Below, piece by piece: positions 39,901 through 54,900 of a DNA stretch of 64,000 nt. The position numbers and the translations under genes are program-made. Each line of letters starts with the position of its first letter. The first letter of the stretch is position 1. The notes under the pieces were generated by a model. The model was not told the origin of the DNA, did no database searches, and was given only the letters and a program-made list of their open reading frames with translations. The DNA comes from Aplysia californica (taxonomy: Eukaryota): contig NW_004798452.1 of the NCBI RefSeq assembly GCF_000002075.1, positions 91,226-155,225 on the forward strand, given 5' to 3'.

Positions 39901-42900
39901 TCTCAAGCTGTGTTTACAAAAAACATCTACAACTATAACTTTGATAAAATAATAATAAAAATGGATGGTTGACCCTTCACCCAAGGAGCAAAAATTTTGA
40001 GCCAATAAATCCATAATGGTACCAGTAAAGACATTATTAAATCAACCCAAAGCTGCACCTGAAATACCTCACCATATCTGAAAATATACTTTTGTTTTTC
40101 TACTAGGTTGTCATACTTGCGACTCTCCTCACAACTTCATAATCATGATTAGCAGTCATTAGGCTTTTGACAAAAATGGCAGGGTTTTTTTTAGTAAACT
40201 GTGATAATTATAATCATTATTATATTATAATCATTCACGAGACTTACAATTTTTACAGAGAGTCTAAGTCACTCAAACAGCTATACAAACTAAGACCTGA
40301 TAGAAACTGAACTCAAAATCTGAACTCACCAGCTCCGACTGCGGCTGGTCATGGTAGTCGCGGCTGTAGTACGACAAGTTGGGACGATCCTCCGAGGTTT
40401 TCTTCTTGTTTGGTCGAGCGTGCTGTCTGTAGGTGGCGCTTTTTGGGGTACTGCAGAAAATCTTGATCGAGTCTTGCACACAGCGCTCTATGTCAATCTC
40501 TGCAAAGGATTTGTAGTGTACAGGATAGTTTAATACCAAGCAAAAGATTCCCTATGAAGTATATTATCAAAACAATAATTATTACTATTACACCAAAACT
40601 AAGGGTACACAAATTTATACAGGTTACGTTGCAGGAGGGAAGAAGGTGCCATTGGTAGGTCCTACTTCTTTTCTTTCCCTCTGTTATGTCTATCAAAATC
40701 TGTTCGTCTCACTTTTTGCCTAAACTAAACAATTATTATAACTTATGGTATCGATATGCTTCACTTTATTCAAACCACCGTTTTACTTCTTAAAAGAAAT
40801 TAATGAACACTCTGCCACTCCCATCCCAAACAATCAAAATTCATATAATCTATACCTTTCATAATTTATCAAATTGTATCAAGTTATTTCATTTTTTGTA
40901 CAAACTGGTCCTAAAATAGCTCTTGTATGTGATGGAGGTACAAAAAAAAAATTAACCTCAAAACTATCAGTACTAATTATTTAACAAATTGGTTCATACA
41001 CCCTTGAGGAAGATCCTTGAAAAAAAAGAGAAATCCAACGAGCTATCAATACCCAACCAGATATTAAAACCTAAAAACACTTGAACCTGCTCTAACCTGT
41101 CCAAGACAATTACCTGAACAAACAACCATCTCCCATATCCTCTCTTGCATTAAAAAAAATATTGTAATGACACTGTCCATGATACCCACTTGTCTAACTT
41201 CTAAGACAACCACTTTTATCCTTGAAAACGAGTGACAGTCTTGGACAATTTCCACTGTTTATTATTATACCAACATACAACGTGACCTACCAGGCATGTC
41301 AGAGAACAGCAGAATGCACTCGTTGAACCCAAACGAGAGCAGGCGGTCTCTCAGCTGCTGCAGGATGGACACGCCGATACACAGGGGGAAGGAGGAGTTG
41401 CCCAGCAGTAGCGTGTCCCACAGGTGGACGATCTTGTGCAGCGGGAACACGTCTGAGAGAGACCAGCTTGTGTTTACAGAATAGGCAGGTCCCCGTGGTT
41501 TTATGCAAACCACATAATTCAGCAAAATTTGATCACTTTTTGCATAATTTCTGATTATTTTCCTTTTTCATCCTTTGTTAAAATTAACAGAATCGCATAA
41601 TTTCACATTTTTGGGCTCAGTTTGCATAATTTCAGAATTTCTTTTGCATAAAACCGAGGGGACAGAGGGGCAAAAACATATGAGGGGCTGAGATTAGAGA
41701 TGCAAAACCCATTACATCCATTTTAGCAATTTTTGAGAAAATCAGCTTTCTAACTAATTTAACATACTGCTATACTATACACAGGAACAAGCGTAAAAAG
41801 AACATTTTTTTGGTGGATTTTATGTAGTATGGGTTGGGTTTCAGCCAAAAATACTTTACGCATCTGATAGTGATAGCTGGTAACAATGGGCATTTATAAG
41901 CAAAAAAATCTCAATTTTTTCCAAAATGTCGCTTAGCTGGTTTTGCATCTCACCCCCTCCTACACACAATATCATTTCACTTATGTAATTCAACACAAAA
42001 ACACCTTTAGAACTATTCCAATCAAGGGACAATCAATGCTGAAATGGAGAGATAATACTATCAAACATTAAACTGCAGTGTATACTGCATGGTGATCCAC
42101 ACTCAATTATTACTATTTTAGATTCAAGAACAGAAAAGAAACAAGACCAACTTATTATTTGCCCTTATGCAAAAATTTTTCTTACAATCACAAATATAAA
42201 AATGGACACAGATCATGATCCAAACTCAAGTTACTGAGAACAAAACAACAAATTTGCAACCTCAGACGCAAAAATACAGAAACACCATTGGTGAGAATGA
42301 CTAAGAAAAGACTGTGGTACACTTACGTGCATACATCGTCAGGAACCATGGAATAGCATACAGCTGAGGAATACAAAAAAATAAAATAAAGATAGAACCA
42401 TGTCACACTGAAGCCAACCAAAATCAAACAATAAGGAATCCAGAGCTACACATCCATCACCCTACAAACAGCAAATAATTGATCACTTAAAATCAAATAA
42501 TATTTAACCAAAAAATCTGCGCTTTTCACAGTCTGCTGTCAAATTTATACATTCTAGTTATACTTCTCGATCTATGGTACAATAACAAACACCTTTGATC
42601 AAAAAAATAAAATCGATCTAAAAAATCAGCTAATATTTTCACAAATCCATTGTCTTTAAAAATATACTGTGTTTACAACGGCTCCCACTCCCGAGACAAA
42701 AAACAAATTTTAAAAATCTTACATCAGGAATGAAACCAATACCATCCAAGTGATTGCTCAGTTCTGGGTCATGGAAAGCAATCAGGTGGGAGAAAACTGC
42801 AAGATACTCTGGAAAGAAAGACGTCATGTCATCTTTATAATATTTGCTTTGGGAAAGTGTTTCTCAAGCCTGATAAGTAATATTTCCTTTAAATATTAGA

Positions 42901-45900
42901 TTGTCAAATATATTTTTTTACATTAAAGGTAGACTACCTTATCACACAATAGACAGTACAAAAACACTTTCGGAAACATTCTGTTCCTCACTGAGTGACA
43001 GATACCAAGTTTTTTAAAGTCGAAGAAAAAAATTGTCAAGAGAAGAAAAAGGAAATTGTTAATTTTTACAAAGGAAATTTAAATAGAATCTTCCCAGAGA
43101 TAATCAATTAAGTCCCAATGTCTCAGTGTGACTCTTCCCTCAGGCACTTAATGAAATCTGAACATGAAAGCTTCCTGAAACAGCAAATGTAACCTTACTG
43201 TGAAACTTCCTTTAAGAAAATTAGAGAATGTGTTAGACTACTTGAGCTTACCCTGAATGACAGCAGAGTTATCTCGGAGGAAAAACTTATGCAGATATTT
43301 GGGGATGAAGGCGGAGAGACAGGCGAAGGCGAGAGCCTCGTTGTTGAAGGAGAGGGCGAGGAACGGTGCACAGAGCGAGTCCAGGCCCTGCCAGTAGACG
43401 TACTGCTGGTTGCTGAGAACCCAGGCCTTGAGCACTCGCTTGAACTTTGCGTGGGCCGAAGGGGAGGAGAGTAGCTCGTGGTACTGATGGCAACGCGGGA
43501 TGTCCACTTCAATCTGAAGAGAGTATGTCATGTATTAGTACAAGTTTTAGGGCACTTGCAACACAAATAGGTTATTACGTGTGCCAAAGATTAGAGGTCT
43601 TCATGGAGAGTAATATATATAAAGAAAATGAGGGAGAGATAAGGACGAAATATATTCGATAGGAATGGAGCAAACGACATCAGAGCACCCGCAAACCACT
43701 AACAATCTGAGGAGAATCAGGGATTCAGAACTACTGCAGATTTCAAAAGCTCTCTTTTCCTAGACGGACACATATACACGGACACATATACACAAACACA
43801 AACCCACAGATATACGCACTGCTTTCCACATTTAAGCTTTGTTCTGGAAACAAAACGAAGACAAATACAGCACAATTTGATACAAACAATATCCTCAGTT
43901 ACATAACAGAACAGTGCCACTACTACCACCATTACTTTTTCATTATAAAGCAGAGCTCATATTAAATGAAATGATAAAGACAATGATAAAGAATTGTCTT
44001 GAACGAAAAAAAAACCCCAACAACACAGAAACAAATAACAATCTCTCATAAAACAGTGTGTGTTCCACAAAAACAGTTTCATTATAGTGAGTCGTAATGG
44101 CATGAGTGTAATAATGATAATAGCTCATCCGTCAATGTCAGAGGATGACAAATGCATCTGCAGAGGAGAATATTTCTTAGGTGAAACAGAAGAACGAAAG
44201 GTTAAGATGACTCGTGGCTTCTGCTATGGCCACTGACACCGCTTCTGAGTGTATGGCCTGACGAAATAGATGGTTAGAGGATATTGTCTCACTTACCTGG
44301 CGGTCTGTGGTTGTCGGAGTCTCCTTGTCAATGGAGTCGTACATTCCCTCGACGTCTCCCTGATGAAGTCAAAGGAGCATTTGAAGGGGTCAAATGAAAA
44401 ACCGGATAAGACCAGTTTTAGAAGAAAAAAAGAAAATCGGTTCTAGCCCTTAACTTACAACAGTACCTGTAGAATAACTCTATAACATCAGTCAAGAGAA
44501 AAAACTATCTAAAACCTTCACAGACTATTTTTATAAAAGAAATCCATCATTTAAAAAATCTACAATAGAGACTAAGTCGTGGTGGGTGGTAAGATTAATC
44601 TGACTTGACCCTTTCATTTGTGAAAAAAAGGCAATAATGCCATCAACCAAAAGGATGTCAAATTTTTCAATAAGTAAAAAATCTATCCACTTATTCGAGA
44701 AATATCAGGTTCTTAACCCAATGGACCCGAGACCAGTATATATCGGGGTGCAGCTGACATGTCTATGCCACGAGAAGAAGAAGGATTGACCTGTCTGGTC
44801 CTCTAGACAATATTATTCCTCATTCCTCTCCCACCCCCTCCCCGCACTCACCTCCCCTCTCCCCTCATTAATTCCCCACACTCACCTCCCCTCTCCCCTC
44901 AGTAACTCCCCACACTCACCTCCCCCTCAGTAACTCCCCAACTCACCTCCGACAACCACTTTTATCCTTGAAAACGAGTGACAGTCTTGGNNNNNNNNNN
45001 NNNNNNNNNNNNNNNNNNNNNNNNNNNNNNNNNNNNNNNNNNNNNNNNNNNNNNNNNNNNNNNNNNNNNNNNNNNNNNNNNNNNNNNNNNNNNNNNNNNN
45101 NNNNNNNNNNNNNNNNNNNNNNNNNNNNNNNNNNNNNNNNNNNNNNNNNNNNNNNNNNNNNNNNNNNNNNNNNNNNNNNNNNNNNNNNNNNNNNNNNNNN
45201 NNNNNNNNNNNNNNNNNNNNNNNNNNNNNNNNNNNNNNNNNNNNNNNNNNNNNNNNNNNNNNNNNNNNNNNNNNNNNNNNNNNNNNNNNNNNNNNNNNNN
45301 NNNNNNNNNNNNNNNNNNNNNNNNNNNNNNNNNNNACCTCCACCCCCCCTTCCTCCCACTAACTCCCTACACTCACCTCCACCTCCAGAATAGCGGCCCA
45401 CACGTTGGCCCTGACCAGAGGAGGGATGTCCACCCTGGCTTCCCGCCAGATGCACGGCCGTTTGAACGGGTACGCTGCCAGAAGCCTCTCATACAGGATG
45501 ATCCGGTGGAACTGAAAACAAAAATAGTTTATACAGTCATATACTTATTTACTGTCTCCCTGTACTGTCAAGTACACAAGTCAGAGAGCAGTCGACCCCC
45601 ACACTTGTCTATCCCTGGCCTCTTCCTCTATCCTTGGCACATCTAGGCCCTGGGAGATGGCCTCATCCTAATCAGTAAAGTCATGTACTCCTCCTAAATT
45701 TAAACAGTAACCCTTTTAGTCCAAGTAGTAGTCTCTAAAGCTATGTATTCCTCTAATACATGACTCGAACATTTTCACAATAACTCCCTTAGCTCTAAAA
45801 TCATGTACACTTTCACAATAATCCCTTCACGCTCCTGCATTTTCAAAATAACTCCTGTATGTAAAGTGACGGGTTTCAGTTGTCATATATTTTACTAAAG

Positions 45901-48900
45901 GAAAACTACTAGTGCTACTACACTTTCCCAAAATCTAGTCAAGGTAATATTTTTTTCCTTATGTATTCTTCTATAAAAAGACTCATACATTTTCACAATG
46001 AAAACTTTAGTGAAAATGAGAGTTTCTTTAGTCATATACAGTCAAACCTGCAGTAACAGCCACTTGTAAAAGAAATCCACCTGTACAAACAGCCACTTCC
46101 TATTTCTCCCCTTGCATTAAAAAAAAATTGTAATGATGCTAAGTAAGACTGTCCCCGTGGTTTTATGCACCCCGCATAATTTAGCAAAATTTGATCATTT
46201 TTTTCATAATTTCTCATTATTTTTCTTTATCATTCTTTGTTAAAATTAACAGAATTGTATAATTTCACATTTTTGGACTCAGTTTGCATAATTTCAGAAT
46301 TTTTCTTGCATAAAACGACGGGGACAAGTAAGAAGGCCAATTGTCTAAGATGACCAATTTTCTCTTCGACAATTTTGACAGTATTTCCCTGACGGAAGAC
46401 TCTTAAGATGACAGAAAAATCTGAGGAGACATTCCCCCCCAATACTGTTACCTGGTACTCCACGTCCTTCTCCCTGATGACCAGAGGTAAGCTGGCTGAG
46501 CTGGTCAGTTCTCCGCTGCTGGGCGACGTGGGCAGGCTCTGGGTCTCCACGACCTTTGACCTGAAGGACAGTCGGGGAAAGAGCAAAAAGTCAGCACATC
46601 ACAAGGAAAGTAGAGTTTAGTTGGGTTTTTTTTAGTTTTCTTAACATTAACAGTTTTACAGTTCTTGCAACACAAATAGGTTATGCAAGTGCCAAAGACT
46701 AGAGGTGTTACTACTAGAGAGCAATATACAAAGAAAAGAAGGAGGAGAGGTAAGTACGATAGATATTTGATAGGAAAAGAGGATAAATTACACCAGAGCA
46801 CCCGCCAACTACCCACTAGAAAGATTGAGAAAGAGGTTTTTAAAATGTACATCAAGTGAAAAATGATATGATTTACGTTTATCACTCTTTTTATATACTA
46901 TCTCGTCATTTAAGGTTCAGGACTTTCGAACTTAACTTCTATCTCTGGTAGCGTAAAGCCAAGTCAGTGGACAGCCTTGGAAACTCTCCAAACAACTGAA
47001 GCTCAGAATAGCCCCATTGAACAGTCATCCACACTGTAGTTCAGCATGATGTCAATGGAGCTTCACTTCACCCTCGACTTAGTAAAAGTCAAGTCAGCAG
47101 AGTTAAGTTTTAATTTTAGAAAAGGTTTCACGGTATTTGCAACTTAAATAGGTCAAATAAGTTCCGATGATTAGAGGTGTTGCGACAAAGAAAAGAAGGA
47201 AGAAAGATAAGGACAACAGATATGTTTGATCGGAAAGAAAAAGCAGCCCGCACCAAAACACCCACCAACCACCCAGGAACTATGGCCATAAGCTGCTGGA
47301 CGGACTAGAGGAAAGCAACAATGTTCTAACATTCTATGACACAAGTCACTCACTCTTCTTCCAACAGAGGGTAGTACGCAGTTGCTGGGACGTCTCTCAG
47401 ACGCTGAGAGGAAAAAAAAAGAGAATAAATGGAGACAATAAAAGCAGTGACTAGTAGATCTATCTTATACATTACTTGTAAAACATTAATGCTAGTATAG
47501 AACAATGTCTTGCCACCAGATTCAGTACAGTTAGGTTAATTAACTCTTTCAATACTACGAGTCAACTGAACGGCTCAGCATTTTCCTTTAGTTATAGCAG
47601 AGGTTTTACGGTGCTTGCAAATGCATAAGGTCATATGAGCGCCAGAAGATTAGAGGTGTTACAAAGAGAGTAACAAACATAAAAAAGAAGAAGGGGAGAC
47701 AAGGACAATAGATGTTTGAAAGGAAAGAAGAAGCTATGAAAAGCCATATTACTGACTTGATTATATGCCTCTATAAATACTAAAATTATTCCTGTTCAGA
47801 CTTTCCAAAATAACATCCACCCTTTGATAGGAAAATGTTCAATTTTTTTTCATATTCCCTTTTCAATTCCTTTCATGGGATATATAATACATAATACTTA
47901 CTGACACAAATTGGTAAATCAGCAGACAAAACTAAACACACAGAGATAAACTAAACAGGCGCCTGCCAGCAGAAAAAATTAAGTTTAGGAAGAAAGAAAA
48001 TTGGGTGGTGAATGAGTTCAGAGCAAGCCTTCCAACTTAGCGTTAAGAAGGCTGAAAGGGACTTAGAACTAGGACCATCCACACCACTGATCAGTACGAT
48101 AGCCACAGAGCTGACAGCGCCATCTATCTGATCCTGAATGACTCACGTAGCGAAGCTGTTCCTGGGACAGGGGGACCACCGTAAAGTCCAGAAGCTCGGC
48201 AAAATCGCGGTCCTGGCCGAAAACTTCTCCGTCCACGATGCCATAGCTGGGGACACACAAACACAAATACAGACACATACACGAACACACACACAGGAAC
48301 ATACATACATGAACACACACACAGGAACATACATACATGAACACACACACAGGAACATACAAACATGAACACACACACACAGGAACATACATACATGAAC
48401 ACACACAGTAACAGATAAGAAGGGGTAGAAGCAACGAAATAATGCTGATGCAATATATACCTGATCAATCTCTTTCAGTGGGTACCAGAAACTAAATTTT
48501 CAAACTAGCTGTATGCCAAATTTATCTGTTCCATTTGAAAGGCCTATATCCACTGAGCATTTTGGTACCATTCTTTAACCTCTCTGNNNNNNNNNNNNNN
48601 NNNNNNNNNNNNNNNNNNNNNNNNNNNNNNNNNNNNNNNNNNNNNNNNNNNNNNNNNNNNNNNNNNNNNNNNNNNNNNNNNNNNNNGTAAAGTCCAGAAG
48701 CTCGGCAAAATCGCGGTCCTGACCGAAAACTTCTCCATCCACGATGCCATAGCTGGGGACACACAAACACAAATACAGACACATACACGAACACACACAC
48801 AGGAACATACATACATGAACACACACACAGGAACATACATACATGAACACACACACAGGAACATACATACATGAACACACACACACGAACATACATACAT

Positions 48901-51900
48901 GAACACACATACAGGAACATGAACACACACACAGGAAAATACACACACTAATAGATAAGAAAAGGTAGAAGCAACGAAATAATGCTGATGCAATATATAC
49001 ACGATCAATCTCTTTCAGACCTCCACCAACAGATAAGCAGTTTTTTTTTTAAGTTGAAGAAAGAGATATATTTCAAGTTTCTATTTTTTTAAAGACATAT
49101 ACACGGACATGTAAATAAATTAGACAAACAAAAATCAGGACAAACCAGCACTTCACACACTCCAAAAAAAAAAAAATCTCGGAAACAACACACTTCACCC
49201 AGGTGGGAATGGGTACCCGGCTATAGACAGCAAAAGATCTTGTCAGTTTGTTAGTGTTTGAGCGCTTAATCAGCTGCTTGCACTGTAAGCTTCCCGGGAA
49301 GCTGAGAATGTGTCGGAGTGTTCTATGGTCTGCTGGGGTAATAATATAGTGTAAGGCGCATAGAGCTTGCTGTTGAGCGGGGATATGCGCTATACAAATG
49401 CTATTTATTATCATTATTATTATTATTATTAACACAAACCATGGTAGAAGGTGAACCGGCCGTCGAGTCTTGGCCAGCCCAGCCTTGCGTAGAACAGCCT
49501 CCAAGTCCCCACCAGCGAGTCGCCACAAGTAGAAAACTTCAGACATTGAGCGGCGAGACAGGTGATCATCGCTGAATTCTGATGGAATTTTAAAACGCTA
49601 GTTTCAGCGTGACAGAGATCACAACAAGATATCTTCAAAAACAGTCACAGTGTCTGAAAATTACCTCTTGAGTTTTAAAAATAATCACCACAGTTGCTGT
49701 CATTATACTTAATATGTAAACTGCTGAGGTACTAAGTCATGGTGTTAAATATTATGGTACTGTCTTTAGAATAAAATACAAAACTGTGAAAAAAAGAAAC
49801 ATCTGGAAGTAATGCCATAGATATCCATAGATACTCAGAAAATTGAAAATGGAAAGAAGAAGTCAAGATTGAAGTGGAAGCTGCTTCTTATCTCATCATC
49901 AAACTCTTTAAAATCGGTGAATTCGTCACAAGTCCAGTAAATACAAAGAGTTCCCATCTTGGAAAACGAACAGAAAAAAACCACAGAAGGCAACCAAAAA
50001 TTACAAAAATGTCATCAATATTTGCGGTTTTAGACTGACTGCCACCACAAATATTTTAAAACTAGTTGGGCCCCCTTTCGATGAAAGAAACGATCTGTGC
50101 TTTAATATCAACTAAAAGTCATTGGCCTCCTATATTTGCACTCTACTGGAATGGGGCAATAAATCTTGAAAGATGCAAAAAATTAGAAGGTCTAGATCTA
50201 TACTCTCAAAACAAAATGCGCCTCACGAAATATCACTTCCGGATTTTCTAAAATTACAGAGACAGAAGCGTTGGCCTACAAAAGCGATCGGCGAAATAAA
50301 GAAATTTAGGTTTTTTTCAGTAAAACAGTCTCAAAACTGAAAAAACCAAGGGCATCATGATCTGGAGAATATTTTAAAGAATCTTTAGGCGAAAACCGCA
50401 AGTCGATCGATGCAGCCATTAAAAAGCCTTTTGAATAGCAAAATTCGGCCACCACAAATAGATAATAGATGACCACCACACACATACATGCGAGTGATCA
50501 CAATATGTGCCTTGGTAGATAGGACCATCCATTACACATAATGGAGTGACCACTCAACCCCCTCTCACCATTCTCAATTGTCTCCTCATAGGTAGGGAGT
50601 TCCAGATCCTTGCAGCGTAATTCAGTGGTGCACATTCTCACTTCCTCTTTGTGTGGAACCTAAGGAAATGGAGAACTATGTAAAGATAGCAGCAGAGCAC
50701 AAAACGTTTTAAAGAAAAAACAATTTTTTTCAGAATTAGATCTAGTTAATTTCCTTTTCATTACTAAACATTTTTTTTTACAACTTAGTTCGGTTTTTTG
50801 TTGGTTTTTTTAAAACAAAAATGAAATCTACACCAAGGGCAAAAGCAGAGGCACAATAACTATGATATTTCCCCTAATACTACAATACTAGCATTACAAC
50901 ACAATATTTGCCATCGTTCAAAGATAGTGAAAGAGAAGTTGGAAACAATAAGGAACAAGAGTAGAAGTGCAGCAAACATGACAGTAGTACAAAAACAGCA
51001 TAGAATTATGCCAATGTCATAAAAATCCTTGCTTTAACAAAGCTAAGCAGTTGAACTACTGCCACATATGAAAAAAGAGCAAAAGCAATAACTCAATCAA
51101 CTATCATAAGCTTTTTGGAAAGCTAGGAAAAGACAACATCAACTCACAGCCTTCATCCTCTCATCGCGGAACAGTGGATGCTGTTTAAGCTCTGATGACT
51201 TTGCCCTGGTCAAATAAAGAAAAACAAAAGCTCTAGGTCAAGTGTTGGGCAAGGAAATCCTGGTTCAAATTGCTGGCCATACATTCAAGACACAGGAGAC
51301 CTTAATATCAATTTTCTCAGCGTTGCCATAAAAATTTAGTCACATTCAAATGCATTGAAACAGTAGATTTTGGGTTCAAATGGCTAGAATATGAAAAGAG
51401 GGGAAAAAAACGAAGCACTATGAAAAGCTCAAAGCTTTTTCAATTTTCATTAAATGAAAAATCTTTGACAAGGAAAATCAAAAGTTCCTCACTAATCTCA
51501 CGGCTCAAAGCGCCGAAATAGATATAAGCCAGTTCGCTTTTGCCAGTCCCTGAATACTAAACTAAAGCTGGGTATGTCTTTTANNNNNNNNNNNNNNNNN
51601 NNNNNNNNNNNNNNNNNNNNNNNNNNNNNNNNNNNNNNNNNNNNNNNNNNNNNNNNNNNNNNNNNNNNNNNNNNNNNNNNNNNNNNNNNNNNNNNNNNNN
51701 NNNNNNNNNNNNNNNNNNNNNNNNNNNNNNNNNNNNNNNNNNNNNNNNNNNNNNNNNNNNNNNNNNNNNNNNNNTGCTGCCAACAATGAAAGTCTTGTCA
51801 AAAGCAGAGTACAAGTACAAGGCACAGCACACTGCGGAGAGGAGAAAAATGTTTAGGGAAAGATCAAGAAAGTAAGGACCTTCAATCTGTCAAATTAGCA

Positions 51901-54900
51901 ACAAAATACACTGCAGTCAACAATATTGTCTGTATGTGTGTATATCAAGCATTATGTCTGTGTCTATGAGTTACCTCTTAGCAGCGGACACAGTCAGGCA
52001 CAGTCTAAGCACATCTCTCAACTCCCTGGAAGTTCCCTGAAATGCACAACATTCATCATGAAAACATTCAAAGTGAAAATGATACTTAATAGTCTTGTTG
52101 TAACTCTCTTGATTGAAAGTTAATAATTAAAGCAGCCAAAGTAAACTAAAAGCGATTACTTTATTGTTACTGTTTATTTTTACCTTTTGCGAAAAAAAAA
52201 AAAATCACATGACTTCAGAATAACTCCTTCAGCCGGCTTGTTTATTCAATCCTATCATCTCAGTCCCACATGACGGACATACAGTGAGAGCAAATGAGCT
52301 TGCAACTTGAAAACCAACAGTTAGTTCCTTTTGAAAAAGAGAATGAATGTGCAGTCTGTATCCTACAGTTTTTCTTTAATACATACAAAACATGAATATC
52401 AACACTGGCAAAGGAATGGAGTTATAAAGCCAGATAAACTAACTTTGTGAGCAAAGAAAGCAGCTGAACAGTTCAGAGCCACCCGGTGATGAGACCAGAG
52501 ACAAAAAGCCCTACATCATGTCAGATACTTGCTGCGAGTCTTGCTAAACGACATCAACGAACATAAATGTGAAGAGTGCAGACAAAATGAGTTACTTCTC
52601 GGGATTTTAACCTTATGGAAATAGACACATCACGCTTACAGGTGAAGTTTTTACAATTTAGAAGTATGAAATAATAAAAGGAATGTTATACTTTAAAAAT
52701 ATGGCATTAATAGATAATCAGCAGATTTGACCCTAGCGTCAATTTTTGGCCAATATCTCTATTTGTGGATTGCGACAAGTAACTCGTTTTTTTTCAGTTC
52801 AAATTACAAATGGAGAATCCCAATTTGAAAACAGAAAAAAAAGCAAAGAATCAAGACTTGAGAGAGAGAAAAAAGAAAATATAAAATAACGCCTCATCAT
52901 ACACGCATTTTAAAGTCTTTGTGATAAACAAAAAGGGCAGGAAAGTGTCAAAACAGAAGAGGATTCAGAACTCTGAGACATAAAACTGCACCAGATATCA
53001 CTTTAGTTATACCTGTAGTTTGCTGGCAACTGTGGCATCTTGTTGGAAAATGTCTATGGGGGACATATCTGGAGATAAATGAATAAATATGTATATATAT
53101 GACTACATTGTTGCTGCAAGATTCTAAACAGCTAACCCCAAAAATGTGGTTTTAGGTTTTTTTCCTGAATTCTGACTGACATCACACAACTCATTCTATA
53201 AATAATTTTCAGCCAGATTAATCTATCCATATAGTCACTTCAACACTGGATTATAAATAGGTAAAATATGTATGATGGCCTTGATTTTTAGTTTTTGCAC
53301 TCTCCTGTAAAATTCACAGAAACCAAGTTAGCCATTTAGAATTTTGCAGTGACGATATGTAAAAATCTTGTCTAGACTTTCATGAGGTTCAAAATTATGT
53401 ACTACCCATGAAACAAGCAAACAAAATAATCATAAATAAATTAACTACAGACTTTGCATGCATGAAAAAGAGAACATGAGGGAAAAAAATGACACCTTTT
53501 TTGCTACAGGGAATACCTTATCACAGGGGGAACTGTCATCTTTTAGCTACTGAGCAATGACATCTCACTGGAAAGTGTAAATGACATTTTTATCATGTGG
53601 GGAAAATGTCATAGGAATATGCAGTAGGTAAGGCATATTCAAGTGCACTCGTGTGTGACCTTTCTCTGAGCAAGATGGGATAGAGGAAAAAACACATTCA
53701 TTAAGGAGCAAAGCCCTACTCACCAGATTTGATCATTTCCACAATCTTGTGTAGAGTTTCCTTGATCCCTAACCTTGCCCAAATTTCCTTCCCCTGAAAC
53801 AAAAAGAAGATACATGTTAATTTACAAAAAACATTACATATTGTGATTGCGAGACAGAAACACTGTACTTACATTCCTGCGTCAACTCACGAGCAGGAGA
53901 ACATGTGAGCTTCAGTGTCGTGGCGACTCGCCTGCGCTGGCCGGCTCAGATCACATCGTCGGGCTCTCGGAGGTCACTTTGCCGGCAGCTATGAACCGTC
54001 AGCCACTATAGCCTCAAGTACCGAGACGGAAAGAAGGGACTCGGACAGAATTCACGCCTCGCCTTTATACCAATGTTTTAGCGCCCCAAGTGTCACGGGG
54101 TGGCAACCCTGTTCGGCCCGCTCAGCGCCCCCTAGTCCCATGGGCCCGTAACTCTCAATTTTTGATTACTCCAATAACATATATCACATAACAAGCTTGT
54201 CCTGAAAAACATTACTCCCTTAATTAAGGAAAAAGACCTTTGGATTTAGATCAAGAAAGAAAATCCTTCACCAACCACCCTCAGAACATGTCTCAGCAAT
54301 AGTTGTTATTTCTTATCTCTGTAGGGAAAGAAGAGATATGTTTGGGAACAATCATCGTCTGACATCCAACAAGACAATAATAACCTCGAGCAGAGAAGAT
54401 TATGTAAATAAAAAAACGTCAGCTTTAAGAGTAATTCAAAAGAGGACACTTCTATCCAACTAGCAGACATAGCCTTTCTGGAGAAAGAGTATACATCTTT
54501 TTCTCAAATACTCGATTCCTATGAAATAAATATCCATCTATCTTGAATATAACTCAAAATATTTACGACTGAAGCAAGGGAGGTCGTCTGGCTTCAGTGG
54601 TGAAATTAGCAAGAAAGAGGCCGCCAAAGTTTGGTAACTCCAATGGTTAAAGAGTCCTTGAAAACAGAAAACAGAAAAATGACATACTTCGGGCCTTTAA
54701 TCAACGTTTTTCAATAACATTCACATGGAAATGTGTTTTTATATAGACATAAAGGAGGTTGAGAAAAAAAAAAATTCGATAAAAATTTTCAAGCTGGTGG
54801 AAAAATGCCTGTTTTTTCTGATTTCTGTGTTTTGATCAGCGCCTGATTTCACCATGCTGTCTCACATATATCATTAGCCTCCCCCCCAAACAACAATCAA

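Noticed and set aside
44952-44990. ~39-bp exact match to ~41205-41245 beside a gap
   Set aside because: Part of a repeat at a contig end; probably spurious gap extension.
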